DNA of 64,000 nucleotides from an uncultured delta proteobacterium. GTDB lineage: Bacteria; Desulfobacterota; Binatia; UBA9968. Every line of letters starts with the position of its first letter. Position 1 is the first letter of the stretch. Position numbers and translations under genes: made by a program. The notes below the pieces were generated by a model. It was not told the origin of the DNA and ran no database searches. It was given only the letters and a program-made list of their open reading frames with translations. Below are positions 53,486 to 63,850 of the stretch, piece after piece. The stretch lies in NCBI GenBank assembly GCA_963760795.1, contig CAVXEP010000003.1, positions 64,001-128,000 on the forward strand, read 5' to 3'.

Positions 53486-54732
53486 TGCCGCGCCCACAAC
53501 CGCTGGTCGTACAGCGCCACCGCCGGCACCGCGGCGAGCCAGATGCAGACATCGGAGATCGCCAGTAGCAAGGTGGAAAGCGTAAACGACATCGTATAGC
53601 TGCCGGTCCAGTCATGGAACACGCCGCCGAAGAAAGAGCCCAAGGCGCCGCCGACGCCAACGGCGACGGTGGAATAACCGAGGATCGAACCGAAGCCTTT
53701 GCCGGAAAAGATATCGGCGGTGAGCGAGGAAAAAATCACCGCCCGCGAGCCGAAGCCGATGCCGAAAAAAATCACGTAGACGTAAAGCAGCCAGGCCTGA
53801 CTCGGATCGCGCAGCAACATCAAGGCACCGACGCCGACGACGGTCATGGCTATATTTAGCGTATAGGCCGCCTGTTTGGTCAAGCGGTCGGCGATAAAGC
53901 CGAATATTACCCGACCGAAACTGCTGGTGATGCCGGCGAAGCCAAAGATCGACGCCGCCAATAATTTGCTGAACCCGACATCGACGACATGGGCGACCTG
54001 ATGAGTGACGATGACGGTCGTGCCGGAGGCCGCGCCGATGCGGGCGATAAACAACAGCCAGAACTGCAAACTCTGCAACGCCAACTTGGCGGTCCACTGC
54101 TTCTGCTCGTCTTTCCTCAGTTTAAGATGACCGCCGCTATGCCCGTGCGGCCCCGGTTGATAGGAAACCAACACGATAGGCAGTAGCAAGACCAACACCA
54201 TCGCCGCGTAGATCTCGAAAGTGCTTTCCCAGCCATAGCCGGAAAGCAGCCATTCGCTGAGCGGCGCCAACAACATGATACCGACGCCGCTGCCAGCGTA
54301 TACCACGCCGATGGCCGAAGCTCGATTGGCCGAAAACCATTCTGAGATAAGAAAAATATGCGGCACCATGCCGGTCAAGGTGAACCCGGTGGCGAGCACG
54401 AGCCCGAAGCAGATATAAAGTTGCCACAGCGCCGACACCTGGCTGCTGAGAAAAAGCCCAACTCCCAGAGTGAGACAGCCGGCAATGGCAATTTTTCTGG
54501 TGCCGTAACGGTCGAGTAAATAACCAGCTCCGGGAGAAAGCAGCGCATCGACAGCAAGGACGATGGAAAATATCCCTGCCGTCGCGCCCCGGCTCCAGCC
54601 GAAAGCGTCGAGCAGGGCAACGTTAAAAACGCCGAAAGAAGAATGCAACCCGCGCGAAAAACCGAGCACGATGAAAGCAAACGCGGCGATTAACCAGGGT
54701 GTGGGAGAGAAACGCATCACGGTAATTGCCAT
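53482..54732 (-). CDS. MFS transporter (paralog of 48056-49348)
   Basis: About 12 TM helices; GYLLDRYGTR; shared ADxFxGxxFG motif. Confidence 0.9.
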   Translation of the reverse strand: MAITVMRFSPTPWLIAAFAFIVLGFSRGLHSSFGVFNVALLDAFGWSRGATAGIFSIVLAVDALLSPGAGYLLDRYGTRKIAIAGCLTLGVGLFLSSQVSALWQLYICFGLVLATGFTLTGMVPHIFLISEWFSANRASAIGVVYAGSGVGIMLLAPLSEWLLSGYGWESTFEIYAAMVLVLLLPIVLVSYQPGPHGHSGGHLKLRKDEQKQWTAKLALQSLQFWLLFIARIGAASGTTVIVTHQVAHVVDVGFSKLLAASIFGFAGITSSFGRVIFGFIADRLTKQAAYTLNIAMTVVGVGALMLLRDPSQAWLLYVYVIFFGIGFGSRAVIFSSLTADIFSGKGFGSILGYSTVAVGVGGALGSFFGGVFHDWTGSYTMSFTLSTLLLAISDVCIWLAAVPAVALYDQRLWARH

Positions 54733-54860
54733 TTGTCCTTAACAGAACGATCTCAAGCCCACAAGCCGGCAGGTTCAAAATAGCGCAAGCGATCCAGCGC
54801 TACCCGATCGCCCGTGGCTTATTGTCTTTTCCCCCTAGCGCGCTTATCTTATGACTAGCC

Positions 54861-55703
54861 ATGCAGGTTCGATTTTTATTATTCGCGTTATCTTGTTTAG
54901 CGGTTGCCGCATGCTCTGGATCAGGGACCGGCTTCTCATCCGGGCGCCAAGCGCTGTTGCGCGGCGAGCCCGATAATGCTGTCGCTGATTTTGATCGTGT
55001 GGCGCAAGCGGATCCCGGCTACATTGCTAATTCGCCGCCGCCACGCAAAAGTATCTGGACCTACGTCGGGCGCGCGCACTACAACTCGGGGCGATACGCC
55101 GACGCCAAAGTTGCCTTCGACAAAGCTCTCACTCATCTTAAGGACGACTATGTCGCGCGGCTCTACCGCGGGCTGACCCTGCTCCGGGTTCAGTCCGCGA
55201 CGCCGCCTCCGGCCAACGTTTTTACCCTGCAAGAGGTTTCCTATGCACTACGTGAAGGTGTGTCGCCACGGCGAGTAAGCACGCTAGCGCGTGAGCGCGG
55301 CGTTGCCTTTGATCTCAACCTAGAAACTGAAAGCCAGCTAAAAAACGCGGGCGCCGACACAATTTTGTTGGATGATTTGCGCAAGTTGCGCGCCGAGCGC
55401 GCCAAACAAAATCAACCCAGCGACAACCAGCGCACCGAGGGCGCCAAGGAAATTACCGCAGCCTTGACTGCCCTGCGCGACTGGCTCAGCTACACTATCG
55501 CCAGCACTCCCCAGGGACGTTTTTGGGATCCGTCGGGAGAGATTCGCGCGGAAATTTCACGGGGACTACGCGCTGCCACGGCGAGTCCGCGCGATTGGGA
55601 GGCCATCGTCACCGGTGCCGAATCGGTGGGTTACAAGTTGGAAGAGGAAGGCGATCGCGCTCGGCGTGACGAAGCCGACGATTTCGAGCGGCGGCGCCGT
55701 TAA
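54861..55703 (+). CDS. TPR-containing lipoprotein
   Basis: Lipobox-like LAVAAC; TPR-like WTYVGRAHYNSGRYADAKVAFDKAL. Confidence 0.75.
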   Translation: MQVRFLLFALSCLAVAACSGSGTGFSSGRQALLRGEPDNAVADFDRVAQADPGYIANSPPPRKSIWTYVGRAHYNSGRYADAKVAFDKALTHLKDDYVARLYRGLTLLRVQSATPPPANVFTLQEVSYALREGVSPRRVSTLARERGVAFDLNLETESQLKNAGADTILLDDLRKLRAERAKQNQPSDNQRTEGAKEITAALTALRDWLSYTIASTPQGRFWDPSGEIRAEISRGLRAATASPRDWEAIVTGAESVGYKLEEEGDRARRDEADDFERRRR

Positions 55704-55735
55704 CGATCTGCGAATTGCCAGTCTAGTTAAATCTT

Positions 55736-57174
55736 TCAGCAGTCGATTCGCTGGCCTAGACTTCTCTCTGCGGCACAGGCTCTTTTGGTTTTATCGATCT
55801 CGTTAACCAACTCAGCGTTGCTCGGATCGAGGGCGGCCGCTTTTTTCAACTCCGCCAACGCCGCTGCATACTGTCCCTGCTCGCGTAAGCTTTTGGCCCT
55901 CGCGATATAAGGTCCGAGCCTTGCCTTGACCGCCGCCACTGGTGGGGGCGCAGTGGATGGTTTCGCCACAGCTGTTTCGAGCTGCGCTTTTTTCGGCAAC
56001 TCCTTCACGACCAGGGTGACCGGAGCGCTGGTCACTTCGCCGGCGCGCACTGCGACATCGACTCGGCCCGGCCGTAAACCACTGAGTTGACGTTCCGGCG
56101 TGATCGCCGCGATGGTCGGATCACTGATTTGCCACCGCAAGTAGCGGGTAATCGGCTTTTCACTCTGGTCCGAATAGCGCCCATGCACACGGAGCGCGAC
56201 TTTGTCGTTCGCGAGCAGTTCTTTGCGCGCAGGCATGATTTCAAGTTTCACCATTCTAACGGCTGGGATATCTCTGACGATTTTTTCGTCCGATTTCACA
56301 GTCACGGTCCATGACGCACTGACAAGCTCTCCTTGGCGCGCCGATATCTCGGCGATGCCCGGCTGTAACGCCTTCACCTTTCCTTGCGTATCGACAACCG
56401 CAACGCTAGCATCACTGCTCGTCCAATCGACTGGACCCGCGATATCACTCTTCGTCCCATCGGAATATTGTCCTTGCAGTGTGAGCGCCAAGCTGTCGGC
56501 GGGCTTCAGCGGGGTGCCATCGATGATGATCGCAGTCAGTCGACGCGCCGCCGGTTGAGACGGAGCCGGTTCGTGCACCGGCGCCACCGGTTGTGTTTCA
56601 CGGGCGATTCGACCAGGCATTGAAATTTGTAATGCCACGAGAACTCCGGCAAGGCGGCTCCACCACCAACCAATTTCTTCCAGTGCCCGCGAACATCCGT
56701 CGCAAAGAGATTGCAATGGATCCTTCACTTGCAGGCACGCCAATGTCATCGGCAACTTGCGGCTTGCTCATCGGTCGCTTTGCTTCGCCCAGCAAAGCTT
56801 TTAGGTCAGCGATCAACAGCGGTACGGCCGGCGTATCGGCGGAACCGTCCCAGTCTATCAGGTTAGCCGCTTGGATCGCGGAAACCCACCGGCGGCGCGA
56901 CATGTTCAATCAGCACTGGAAAGAGCAGTTTTTCCAACCGGCGTGCCTCTTCGGCTTCTTCCAGGACCCATGGACTTTTTAACGAGTTTTCCGACCACAG
57001 CACGATCAAGCAGCGCATGCCCTGCAGCGCCTCTTCGAGGACGGCGCGCCAAGTGCGGCCTGCGGGGATGCGGCGGTCCCACCACACGCTCAAGCCGGCC
57101 GATTCGAGAGCTCGGGCAAGATGTCCGGCAGTCTCGCGGTCTTCGTTTGCGTAACTGATAAAAATGTCGGCCAT
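55736..57174 (-). CDS. TIR domain-TM-2x bacterial Ig-like (Big_2)-TPR protein, broken by 2-3 frameshifts (errors or pseudogene)
   Basis: DIFISYA...VWWD...SPWVLEEA TIR; continuation IQAANLIDWDG; hydrophobic segment; two Ig repeats (GQYSD...WTSSDASVAVVD; GRYSD...WQISDPTIAAIT); TPR-like end. Confidence 0.75.
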
Positions 57175-57399
57175 ACGGATCGATCGAAAACTCTTGCGCT
57201 CAACGCGGGTAGCTACAAAGGTTCAGAACGAGCGCATTGTAGCAAAAACCGGGCAGTTTTGTAATGAAGAATTTATCCGGATGAATTTACCCGGACCATG
57301 TGGCACTGCGGTGCGTGATGATTGTATTCCACGCACAGACCTTCTTGACAACTCGCACGGCCAAGTAATACAGCTCAACTCGACTAGGAGGGATTGCCC

Positions 57400-58524
57400 A
57401 TGCGAGTTATCGATGCCGACGGCCATGTCGAAGAAAATTTAGATACTTTTAGCGATAAATATTTGGACCCGGCGTTTCGCGCGCTGCGCCCGCGCGTCAC
57501 CGGCGTCGACGGCCTGGCCTACTGGGTGATCGAAGAGCAGCTCTATCCGCGCCGCGTCGGACCGGGCTGCCACAACCTCGGCACGCCGACCAACGTCAAC
57601 GGCCAGGTCGCCGCTCACACCATGGGTAAGCAGGAAAGCATCGCCAGCATGGAACTGGACGATATCGCGGCGCGCTTAAAGTTGATGGACGACGAAGACA
57701 TCGCCGTGCAGGTCATCTACACGACGCTGTTCCTCGCCTACCCGCTGACGACGAATGTACCGCTGGCAACCGCGCTCACATCTTCTTACAACCGTTGGAT
57801 GGGCCAACGCCTGGCCGGCCAAGCACGCATCAAGTGGTCGGCGGTGGTCAATCTCGACGACATCCCAGGGGCGGTCAAACAAGTTCGCGAAGCGAAAAAA
57901 CTCGGCGCCGTCTCGGTCATGGTGCTCGGCACCGCCGGCGACGACATGCTCGACCACCCGCGCCTCGATCCGTTTTACGCCGCGCTCTGCGAAGAAAATC
58001 TCGCCTTAGGCGTCCATGTCGGCTGGTCTTGCCCGTCAATAAACAATCTCTACTCGCATATCTACCCGTCCGGCGTCATCGCCTTTCACGTGCCGCTACT
58101 GATGGCCTTCACCGCCCTGGTCAGCGGCGGCGTGCTCGATCGATTTCCGCAGATGAAAGTAGTTTTCCTCGAAGCCGGCTGCCAGTGGGTGCCGTTTATC
58201 ATCGAACGAATCCATCACCGCTTCAAAAACCAAGGCTCGACGCTGAGAAAATTCCTGCCGCAAACCGCGCCGATCCAGAAACTGCCGGTGATGGAATACA
58301 TCAAACAAGGCAACATCTATTTCAGCACCGAAGTCGAAGACGAAATCCTGCCGAACGTTTTGAATCTCGTCGGTGAAGGCCAAGTTATCTTCGGCAGCGA
58401 CATGCCCCACGGCGACCGCGACCGCTGCGCCGCCGCGATCTTGCAAAAGCGCACGGATATCAGCGAATCGGCGAAGGGAAGTATCTTAGAGAAGAATCCG
58501 GCGAAGCTGTATGGAATAACCTAG
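57400..58524 (+). CDS. amidohydrolase 2 family protein
   Basis: IDADGH, GVHVG, FLEAG, FGSDMPHGD, NPAKLY; AGGAGG RBS. Confidence 0.9.
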   Translation: MRVIDADGHVEENLDTFSDKYLDPAFRALRPRVTGVDGLAYWVIEEQLYPRRVGPGCHNLGTPTNVNGQVAAHTMGKQESIASMELDDIAARLKLMDDEDIAVQVIYTTLFLAYPLTTNVPLATALTSSYNRWMGQRLAGQARIKWSAVVNLDDIPGAVKQVREAKKLGAVSVMVLGTAGDDMLDHPRLDPFYAALCEENLALGVHVGWSCPSINNLYSHIYPSGVIAFHVPLLMAFTALVSGGVLDRFPQMKVVFLEAGCQWVPFIIERIHHRFKNQGSTLRKFLPQTAPIQKLPVMEYIKQGNIYFSTEVEDEILPNVLNLVGEGQVIFGSDMPHGDRDRCAAAILQKRTDISESAKGSILEKNPAKLYGIT

Positions 58525-58549
58525 ATCAGTTACAACTGAATGAGTTCTC

Positions 58550-58626
58550 TCACCGCCAAGGCGCAGAGAACCCAGAGGAGAGATTTGTTAGAAACTAACT
58601 CCGCGTTATCTGCGCCTTTGCGGTGA
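58550..58626. repeat. inverted repeat (REP/MITE-like, probable bidirectional terminator)
   Basis: tcaccgccaaggcgcaga ... tctgcgcctttgcggtga (17/18 inverted match) between convergent genes. Confidence 0.7.
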
Positions 58627-58627
58627 T

Positions 58628-59611
58628 CTACGGCTTCCAGCCGCTCGCCTTCAATTCCTCATTGGCTTTGCGCGCGAAGCTGAAGTCGAAGACATCGGCG
58701 AATTTCATATCTCGCGTAGTCTTGGTCGCCGCCTTCATCTCATCGATCATCGGTTGGAGAATCTTTGGATCGCTGATCCCGTTGCGCACCATGAGTTTCG
58801 CCTCTTCGTCGTAGATCGCCGCCGCCATGTCGCGGTCTTTGAGTTTCAGGATGTCCATGGAGTACTTAATTGACGCGTCGCGCTTAGCGAGATAAAAGGC
58901 CGCGCCCTTCAAGGCCGCGCGCATGATCTTGGCGATTTTCGCCGGTTGTTGTTTGATCTTGTCATCGGAGGTCGCCAAGCCACCCTGGATCGTATTTACG
59001 TACTCGCCCGCCGCAGCGAGTTTGACGAAGCCATCCTTTTGCGCGCGTAGACTAGCCGCTGTGTTAAATAGCGTCGCCTGAATGGCCTTTGCCTTGAGCG
59101 CCGGGAAACGCACATCGTCGCCGCCCATCACAACCAGTTGCGCATCCTTCGCCGCATCGATGCCATGTTTTTTCAATATCTCGCGCGTCACCATCGCCAG
59201 CGACCCTTCCGGCGACATGATCGCCACCGTCTGGCCGCGCAGCTGGGCGATGGACTTGATATTTGGCAACGCAATCAAATCCCAGCCGGGTCTATCTTGG
59301 AAAACCGCGAGTATTTTCACCGGCACATTGCGCGCCACGGCGGCAATCCCACTGCCGGCGTTGGTGAACATATCGATCTCGCCGGCCAGGGTCGTGCGAA
59401 TCGCGATCTCGCCGCGGATGCTCAGAAACTCGACGTTCAATCCCTCTTCGCGGAAGTAGCCTTCTTTGTTGGCGATGATCAAGCACAGCACCGACGCTGA
59501 TAACGATGGATGGGCAATGCGGATGTTTTCCTGTGAGTGTCCGTTTCGGTTAGCAAACGTCACCAGGACAAAACTCATGATAAGGAACAAACTGATTCGG
59601 CGACAAATCAT
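58628..59611 (-). CDS. ABC substrate-binding protein, NitT/TauT (SsuA/THI5) family
   Basis: Signal peptide, KEGYFREEGLNVE, LRGQTVAI; AAGGAGGT RBS. Confidence 0.9.
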   Translation of the reverse strand: MICRRISLFLIMSFVLVTFANRNGHSQENIRIAHPSLSASVLCLIIANKEGYFREEGLNVEFLSIRGEIAIRTTLAGEIDMFTNAGSGIAAVARNVPVKILAVFQDRPGWDLIALPNIKSIAQLRGQTVAIMSPEGSLAMVTREILKKHGIDAAKDAQLVVMGGDDVRFPALKAKAIQATLFNTAASLRAQKDGFVKLAAAGEYVNTIQGGLATSDDKIKQQPAKIAKIMRAALKGAAFYLAKRDASIKYSMDILKLKDRDMAAAIYDEEAKLMVRNGISDPKILQPMIDEMKAATKTTRDMKFADVFDFSFARKANEELKASGWKP

Positions 59612-59748
59612 TGATAACCTCCTTCGCTTACCGCGATCACCACTCCCGATACAGAAAGCGCTCTCTCTTGGCAAGAGGGTTGGCGTTGACCCCATCCGGA
59701 CAACGGTGATAAACCGTCGGCTATCGTTGTCCTCCCTAGGAGTGTTTC

Positions 59749-61230
59749 ATGGCTAATTCGATTATCGAAACGGATGTAGCGATCATCGGCGGCGGCGGTG
59801 CGGGTATACCGGCAGCCATCGAAGTCGCCCGCGCCGGCGGCAAAGCACTGGTTCTGGAAGGCGCGGCGGAATGCGGCGGCACGGCGGCGATCTCCGGCGG
59901 CGGTTGCTGCATCGTCGGCACGCCGCTGCAAAAGGCCGAAGGAATCAACGATACGCCCGACTTGGCATTCGAGGATTGGGTCAAGTGGGGCGGCGGCCAG
60001 GCCGACGAAATCTGGGCACGCTATTACCTCGACCATAGCTTGCACGATTTGTATCACTGGGCCGAGAGCTGCGGCGTCAAATGGGTCGACATGAAGTTTC
60101 AGGAAGGCAACCGCGTCTTGCGCTGGCACCGTCCGGACAACAACGGCTTGGGTCTCATGACCGCGCTGATCGAAACCGCCGCATCGATTCCCAACATCAC
60201 GATCATGACGTCGACCAAAGCCGACAAACTGATCACGAAAGATGGCCGCGTCGCCGGTCTTACCGCTACGAAAGGTAGTGAAGCCATCAACATCCACAGC
60301 AAAACCGTGGTCGTTGCCACCGGCGGTTTCAATTCCAATCTCGAAATGGTCCTGGAACACCGCCCCGAGTTCAAAAACTTCCGCGTCATGGAAGGCTCCG
60401 GCTTCGGCGCCAAGGGCGATGGCCACAAGATGATCGGCGAGCTCGGCGGCTACTTCACGCATATGGACTGCATCTGGTTCTACGTCTACGCCACGCCGGA
60501 TTACCGCGACCCGCAGCAGAGCCGCGGCTTGGTTTTCCGCATGGTGCCCGGCTACATCTGGTTCAACCAGCAGGGCCGGCGCTTTCACAACGAGTCGCGC
60601 ACCGGCGGCGCCTCGGCAACCCCCGCGCTGCTCGCGCAAACGCCGCCCCACGCCTGGGCCATCGCCGACACGCCGATGCTGGCAAAGATCGACGTCGCCG
60701 ACCCGTACTATCGCCGCGGCGATGTCATTGACCGCCCCAGAGTCGAAGAGCTGCTAAATAATTCGCCGTTCATCAAGAAGGCCAACAATCTCGAAGAGCT
60801 GGGCAAGCAGTGTCGATTCGAAGACGTGAAGAACTTTCTTGGCGAGGTCGAAGCCTACAATCAATGCTTCGATGAGAAATTGGAAAATGAATCCAAGTTC
60901 GGCAAGTCGCTCAAGGGTTCGAAGAAGTTCGACACGCCGCCTTACTACGCGATGCAGATTTGCCCGCTGGCGCGGAAAAATTTCGGCGGCGCCAAAACCG
61001 ATCTGCGTTGCCGCGCGCTGAATAAATTTTTCGAGCCGATCCCGGGACTCTATGCCGCCGGCGAAGTCGCCGGCATGGCCGGCGGTCATATCAACGGCAA
61101 AGCCGGCCTCGAAGGCACCATGCTCGGCCCATCGATCTTCAGCGGCCGCGTCGCCGGCGCCTGGGCTGCCCACGAAGCCGGCTTCGGCCCCGGCTTTGTC
61201 GGCAAACCGAACCGGCCGGAGCAAGATTAA
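59749..61230 (+). CDS. FAD-dependent oxidoreductase (FAD_binding_2; fumarate reductase/KstD-like flavoprotein)
   Basis: IIGGGGAG, GGTAAISGGG, VVATGGF, NQQGRRFHNE, GLYAAGE. Confidence 0.88.
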   Translation: MANSIIETDVAIIGGGGAGIPAAIEVARAGGKALVLEGAAECGGTAAISGGGCCIVGTPLQKAEGINDTPDLAFEDWVKWGGGQADEIWARYYLDHSLHDLYHWAESCGVKWVDMKFQEGNRVLRWHRPDNNGLGLMTALIETAASIPNITIMTSTKADKLITKDGRVAGLTATKGSEAINIHSKTVVVATGGFNSNLEMVLEHRPEFKNFRVMEGSGFGAKGDGHKMIGELGGYFTHMDCIWFYVYATPDYRDPQQSRGLVFRMVPGYIWFNQQGRRFHNESRTGGASATPALLAQTPPHAWAIADTPMLAKIDVADPYYRRGDVIDRPRVEELLNNSPFIKKANNLEELGKQCRFEDVKNFLGEVEAYNQCFDEKLENESKFGKSLKGSKKFDTPPYYAMQICPLARKNFGGAKTDLRCRALNKFFEPIPGLYAAGEVAGMAGGHINGKAGLEGTMLGPSIFSGRVAGAWAAHEAGFGPGFVGKPNRPEQD

Positions 61231-61236
61231 ATTGCC

Positions 61237-61305
61237 GTTCAAGCGTTCAACGGTTCAACGATCCGGAGTCTGACCTTGAACTGTTGAACGTTTGAACTTT
61301 TGAAC
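61237..61305. repeat. 8-nt periodic inverted array GTTCAA x3 / TTGAAC x4
   Basis: gttcaa at 61237, 61245, 61253; ttgaac at 61276, 61284, 61292, 61300. Confidence 0.85.
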
Positions 61306-61343
61306 CGCCACGCACGGCACGCAAGGCGCAATCGGAGAACCAC

Positions 61344-63754
61344 ATGTCCAAACCAGCAGAGTCCGTAAGCGATGTAAGGGAAGTGCGCGGCTACTGCGCC
61401 CTCTGCACGGCCCACTGCGCCACCATCGCCACCGTCGAGAACGGCCGGGTGACAAAGTTGGAGCCGGATCACGATCATCCCAACGGCGGCGTCATGTGCG
61501 TCAAGGGCAAGGCCGCGCCCGAGCTGGTTTACAATTCTGACCGCTTGAATTATCCGCTCAAGCGCACCCGGCCCAAGACCGACGCCGATCCCGGCTGGCA
61601 GCGCGTCAGTTGGGACGAAGCCCTCGACGACATCGCGAGAAAATTGTTATCGATCCGCGAGCAGCATGGCGCCAAGGCGATGGCACTGGGCAAGGGGACG
61701 AAGAGCGGCACCTCGGTTGACGATGTCGAGCGCTGGCTTGGCCGGTTTCTCTATCTCTACGGCAGTCCGAACTGGGTTTCGACCACTCATGTCTGCAACT
61801 GGCACAAAGACACCGGCTTCAGTTTTACCTTCGGCACGACGATTCAGACGCCGGATGTCGCGCATAGCAAAACGTTTTTACTCTGGGGCCATAACCCGAG
61901 CTCGACATCATTGATCCTCGCCCACGACATCGTCGCCGCACGCCAGCGCGGCATGAAAACCGTGGTCGTCGATCCGCGCCGCATCGGCATCGGCGCCAGC
62001 GCCGACATGTTGCTGCAAGTCCGTCCCGGCACCGACGGCGCCCTGGCGCTGGCGCTGATCCATTGTCTTGATCGAAGAGAGCTGGTACGACGTCGAATTC
62101 GTGCGCCGCTGGACCAACGGCATGTTCTTGCTGAATATGGCAACCGGCGCGGTCGTCAGCGAAGCCGATCTCAGCGCAGCGGGAAGCCAGAATCGCTTCG
62201 TGGTTTGGGACGAAGCGAAGAATGAAACTGTCATTTACGATCCTGACAGCGGCAGCGTATGCCCGCGACAACGTGCGCCCCGCACTCTTCGGCACGCGCA
62301 CTCTGCGCTCGAAAGACGGCAATGAAATTATTTGTCAGCCGGTCTTCGAGCGGCTCGGCGAGATCGCCGCAGAATTCGCGCCGGAGAAATCTGCAAAAAT
62401 CACCTGGGTGCCAGCCGACCAAGTTTGGCAGACGGCGCTCATGCTGGCGCACAACCGGCCCGTCAGCATGTACATGTGGAACGGCGTCGGCCAGCATACC
62501 AACGCGACCCAAACCAGCCGCGCCATCGCGTCGCTCTACGCGCTGCTCGGCGACTTCGACCGCCAGGGCGGCAACGTGACCTTTCCCAAACTGCCGACCA
62601 ACAATGTCGATGGCAAAGAATTTTTATCGAAAGAAGCGGCGGCGCTGCGCATCGGCCGCGAGAAAAAGCCGCTCGGCCCGCCGGCATCGCCGGGCAACTG
62701 CGCCGCCTACGATATCTTCACCGCGATCCTCGACGAACGGCCCTATCCGATCAAAGCGTTTCTCGCCTTCGGCTGTAATCCGGTGATGTCCAACCCCGAC
62801 CCGCGCCGCGCCCGCGAAGCGCTGAGCAAATTGGATTTCGCCGTGGCGATGGATTTGTTCATGACGCCGACGGCCGCGCTCTGCGATTATGTTTTGCCGG
62901 CCACCAGTTTTCTCGAGATGTCCACCATCACCACCGCTTTCGAACATCGCCAGTTGGGCAAGACCCATCTGCAATACCGCGCCGCCGTGGTCGAACCGCT
63001 ACACGAGCGCCGCTCCGACACCTGGATACTTTTTGAATTGGCCAAGCGCATGGGCATGAGCGAGCAATTCTTCGACGGCGACATCGAAGCCGGCTACGCC
63101 TATGAACTGGCACCGACCGGAATTACGCTGGAACGAATTGAAAAACGCTCCCGGCGGCATTTCACGTCCGGTGGCACCGAGCTTCGAGAAACATGCCAAG
63201 ACAAATAAGGACGGCACGACCGCGCGGCTTCGCCACACCGTCGAAACGAGTCGAACTCTACTGCCACAAGTTCGCCGCCGCCGGCTATCCAGCCTTGCCG
63301 GAATACCTCGAACCGGCGCTGAGCCCGGTCAGCCGCCCCGATATCGCCGCCGATTTCCCCCTGGTCCTGACCAACGCGAAAAACACCACCTTCGTCCACA
63401 GCCAACATCGCTCCCTGACGAGCCTGCGCAAATCGCTGCCGGAACCGAGCGCCGATGTTCACCCGGAAACCGCATTGCGTTACGGCGTCAAGAATAAAGA
63501 ATGGATGACCGTCGAAACCCCGCGCGGCGCGATCAAAGTCAAAGCCCGTGTGACTACAAACATCGTCCCCGGCGCCGTCTGCGTCCAACATGGCTGGTGG
63601 CAAGGCTGTAAAGAATTGGAATTGCCCGGCTACAACGCCTACGAAGCAACCGGCGCCAACGCCGCCATGCTGATCGGCACCGACCAAGCCGATCCCGATC
63701 AGCGGCTCGCTGCCGCATCGGTCGTATCTGTGCAGAGTCCGCCCGGCGACATAA
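61344..63754 (+). CDS. molybdopterin (bis-MGD) oxidoreductase, DMSO reductase superfamily; about 5 apparent frameshifts
   Basis: CALCTAHC...C 4Fe-4S motif, RL.YPLKR, SWDEALD, PGTDGALAL, DYVLPA, HSQHR. The true end GSLPHRSYLCRVRPAT* lies in another frame. Confidence 0.88.
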
Positions 63755-63770
63755 ATCGCCGAGCGAGCCT

Positions 63771-63846
63771 GTTCCAGTCGTTCCAAGACGACCGGCCGAA
63801 ATCGGCGACGCTTTTGACGGCTTGAACGTTTTGAACGACTTGAACG
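63771..63846. repeat. 9-nt periodic GTTCCA/TTGAAC inverted array
   Basis: gttcca at 63771 and 63780; ttgaac at 63822, 63831, 63840. Confidence 0.75.
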
Positions 63847-63850
63847 AATA

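Noticed and set aside
61344-63754. Acetylene hydratase call
   Set aside because: The catalytic Asp next to the Fe-S Cys is Thr here.
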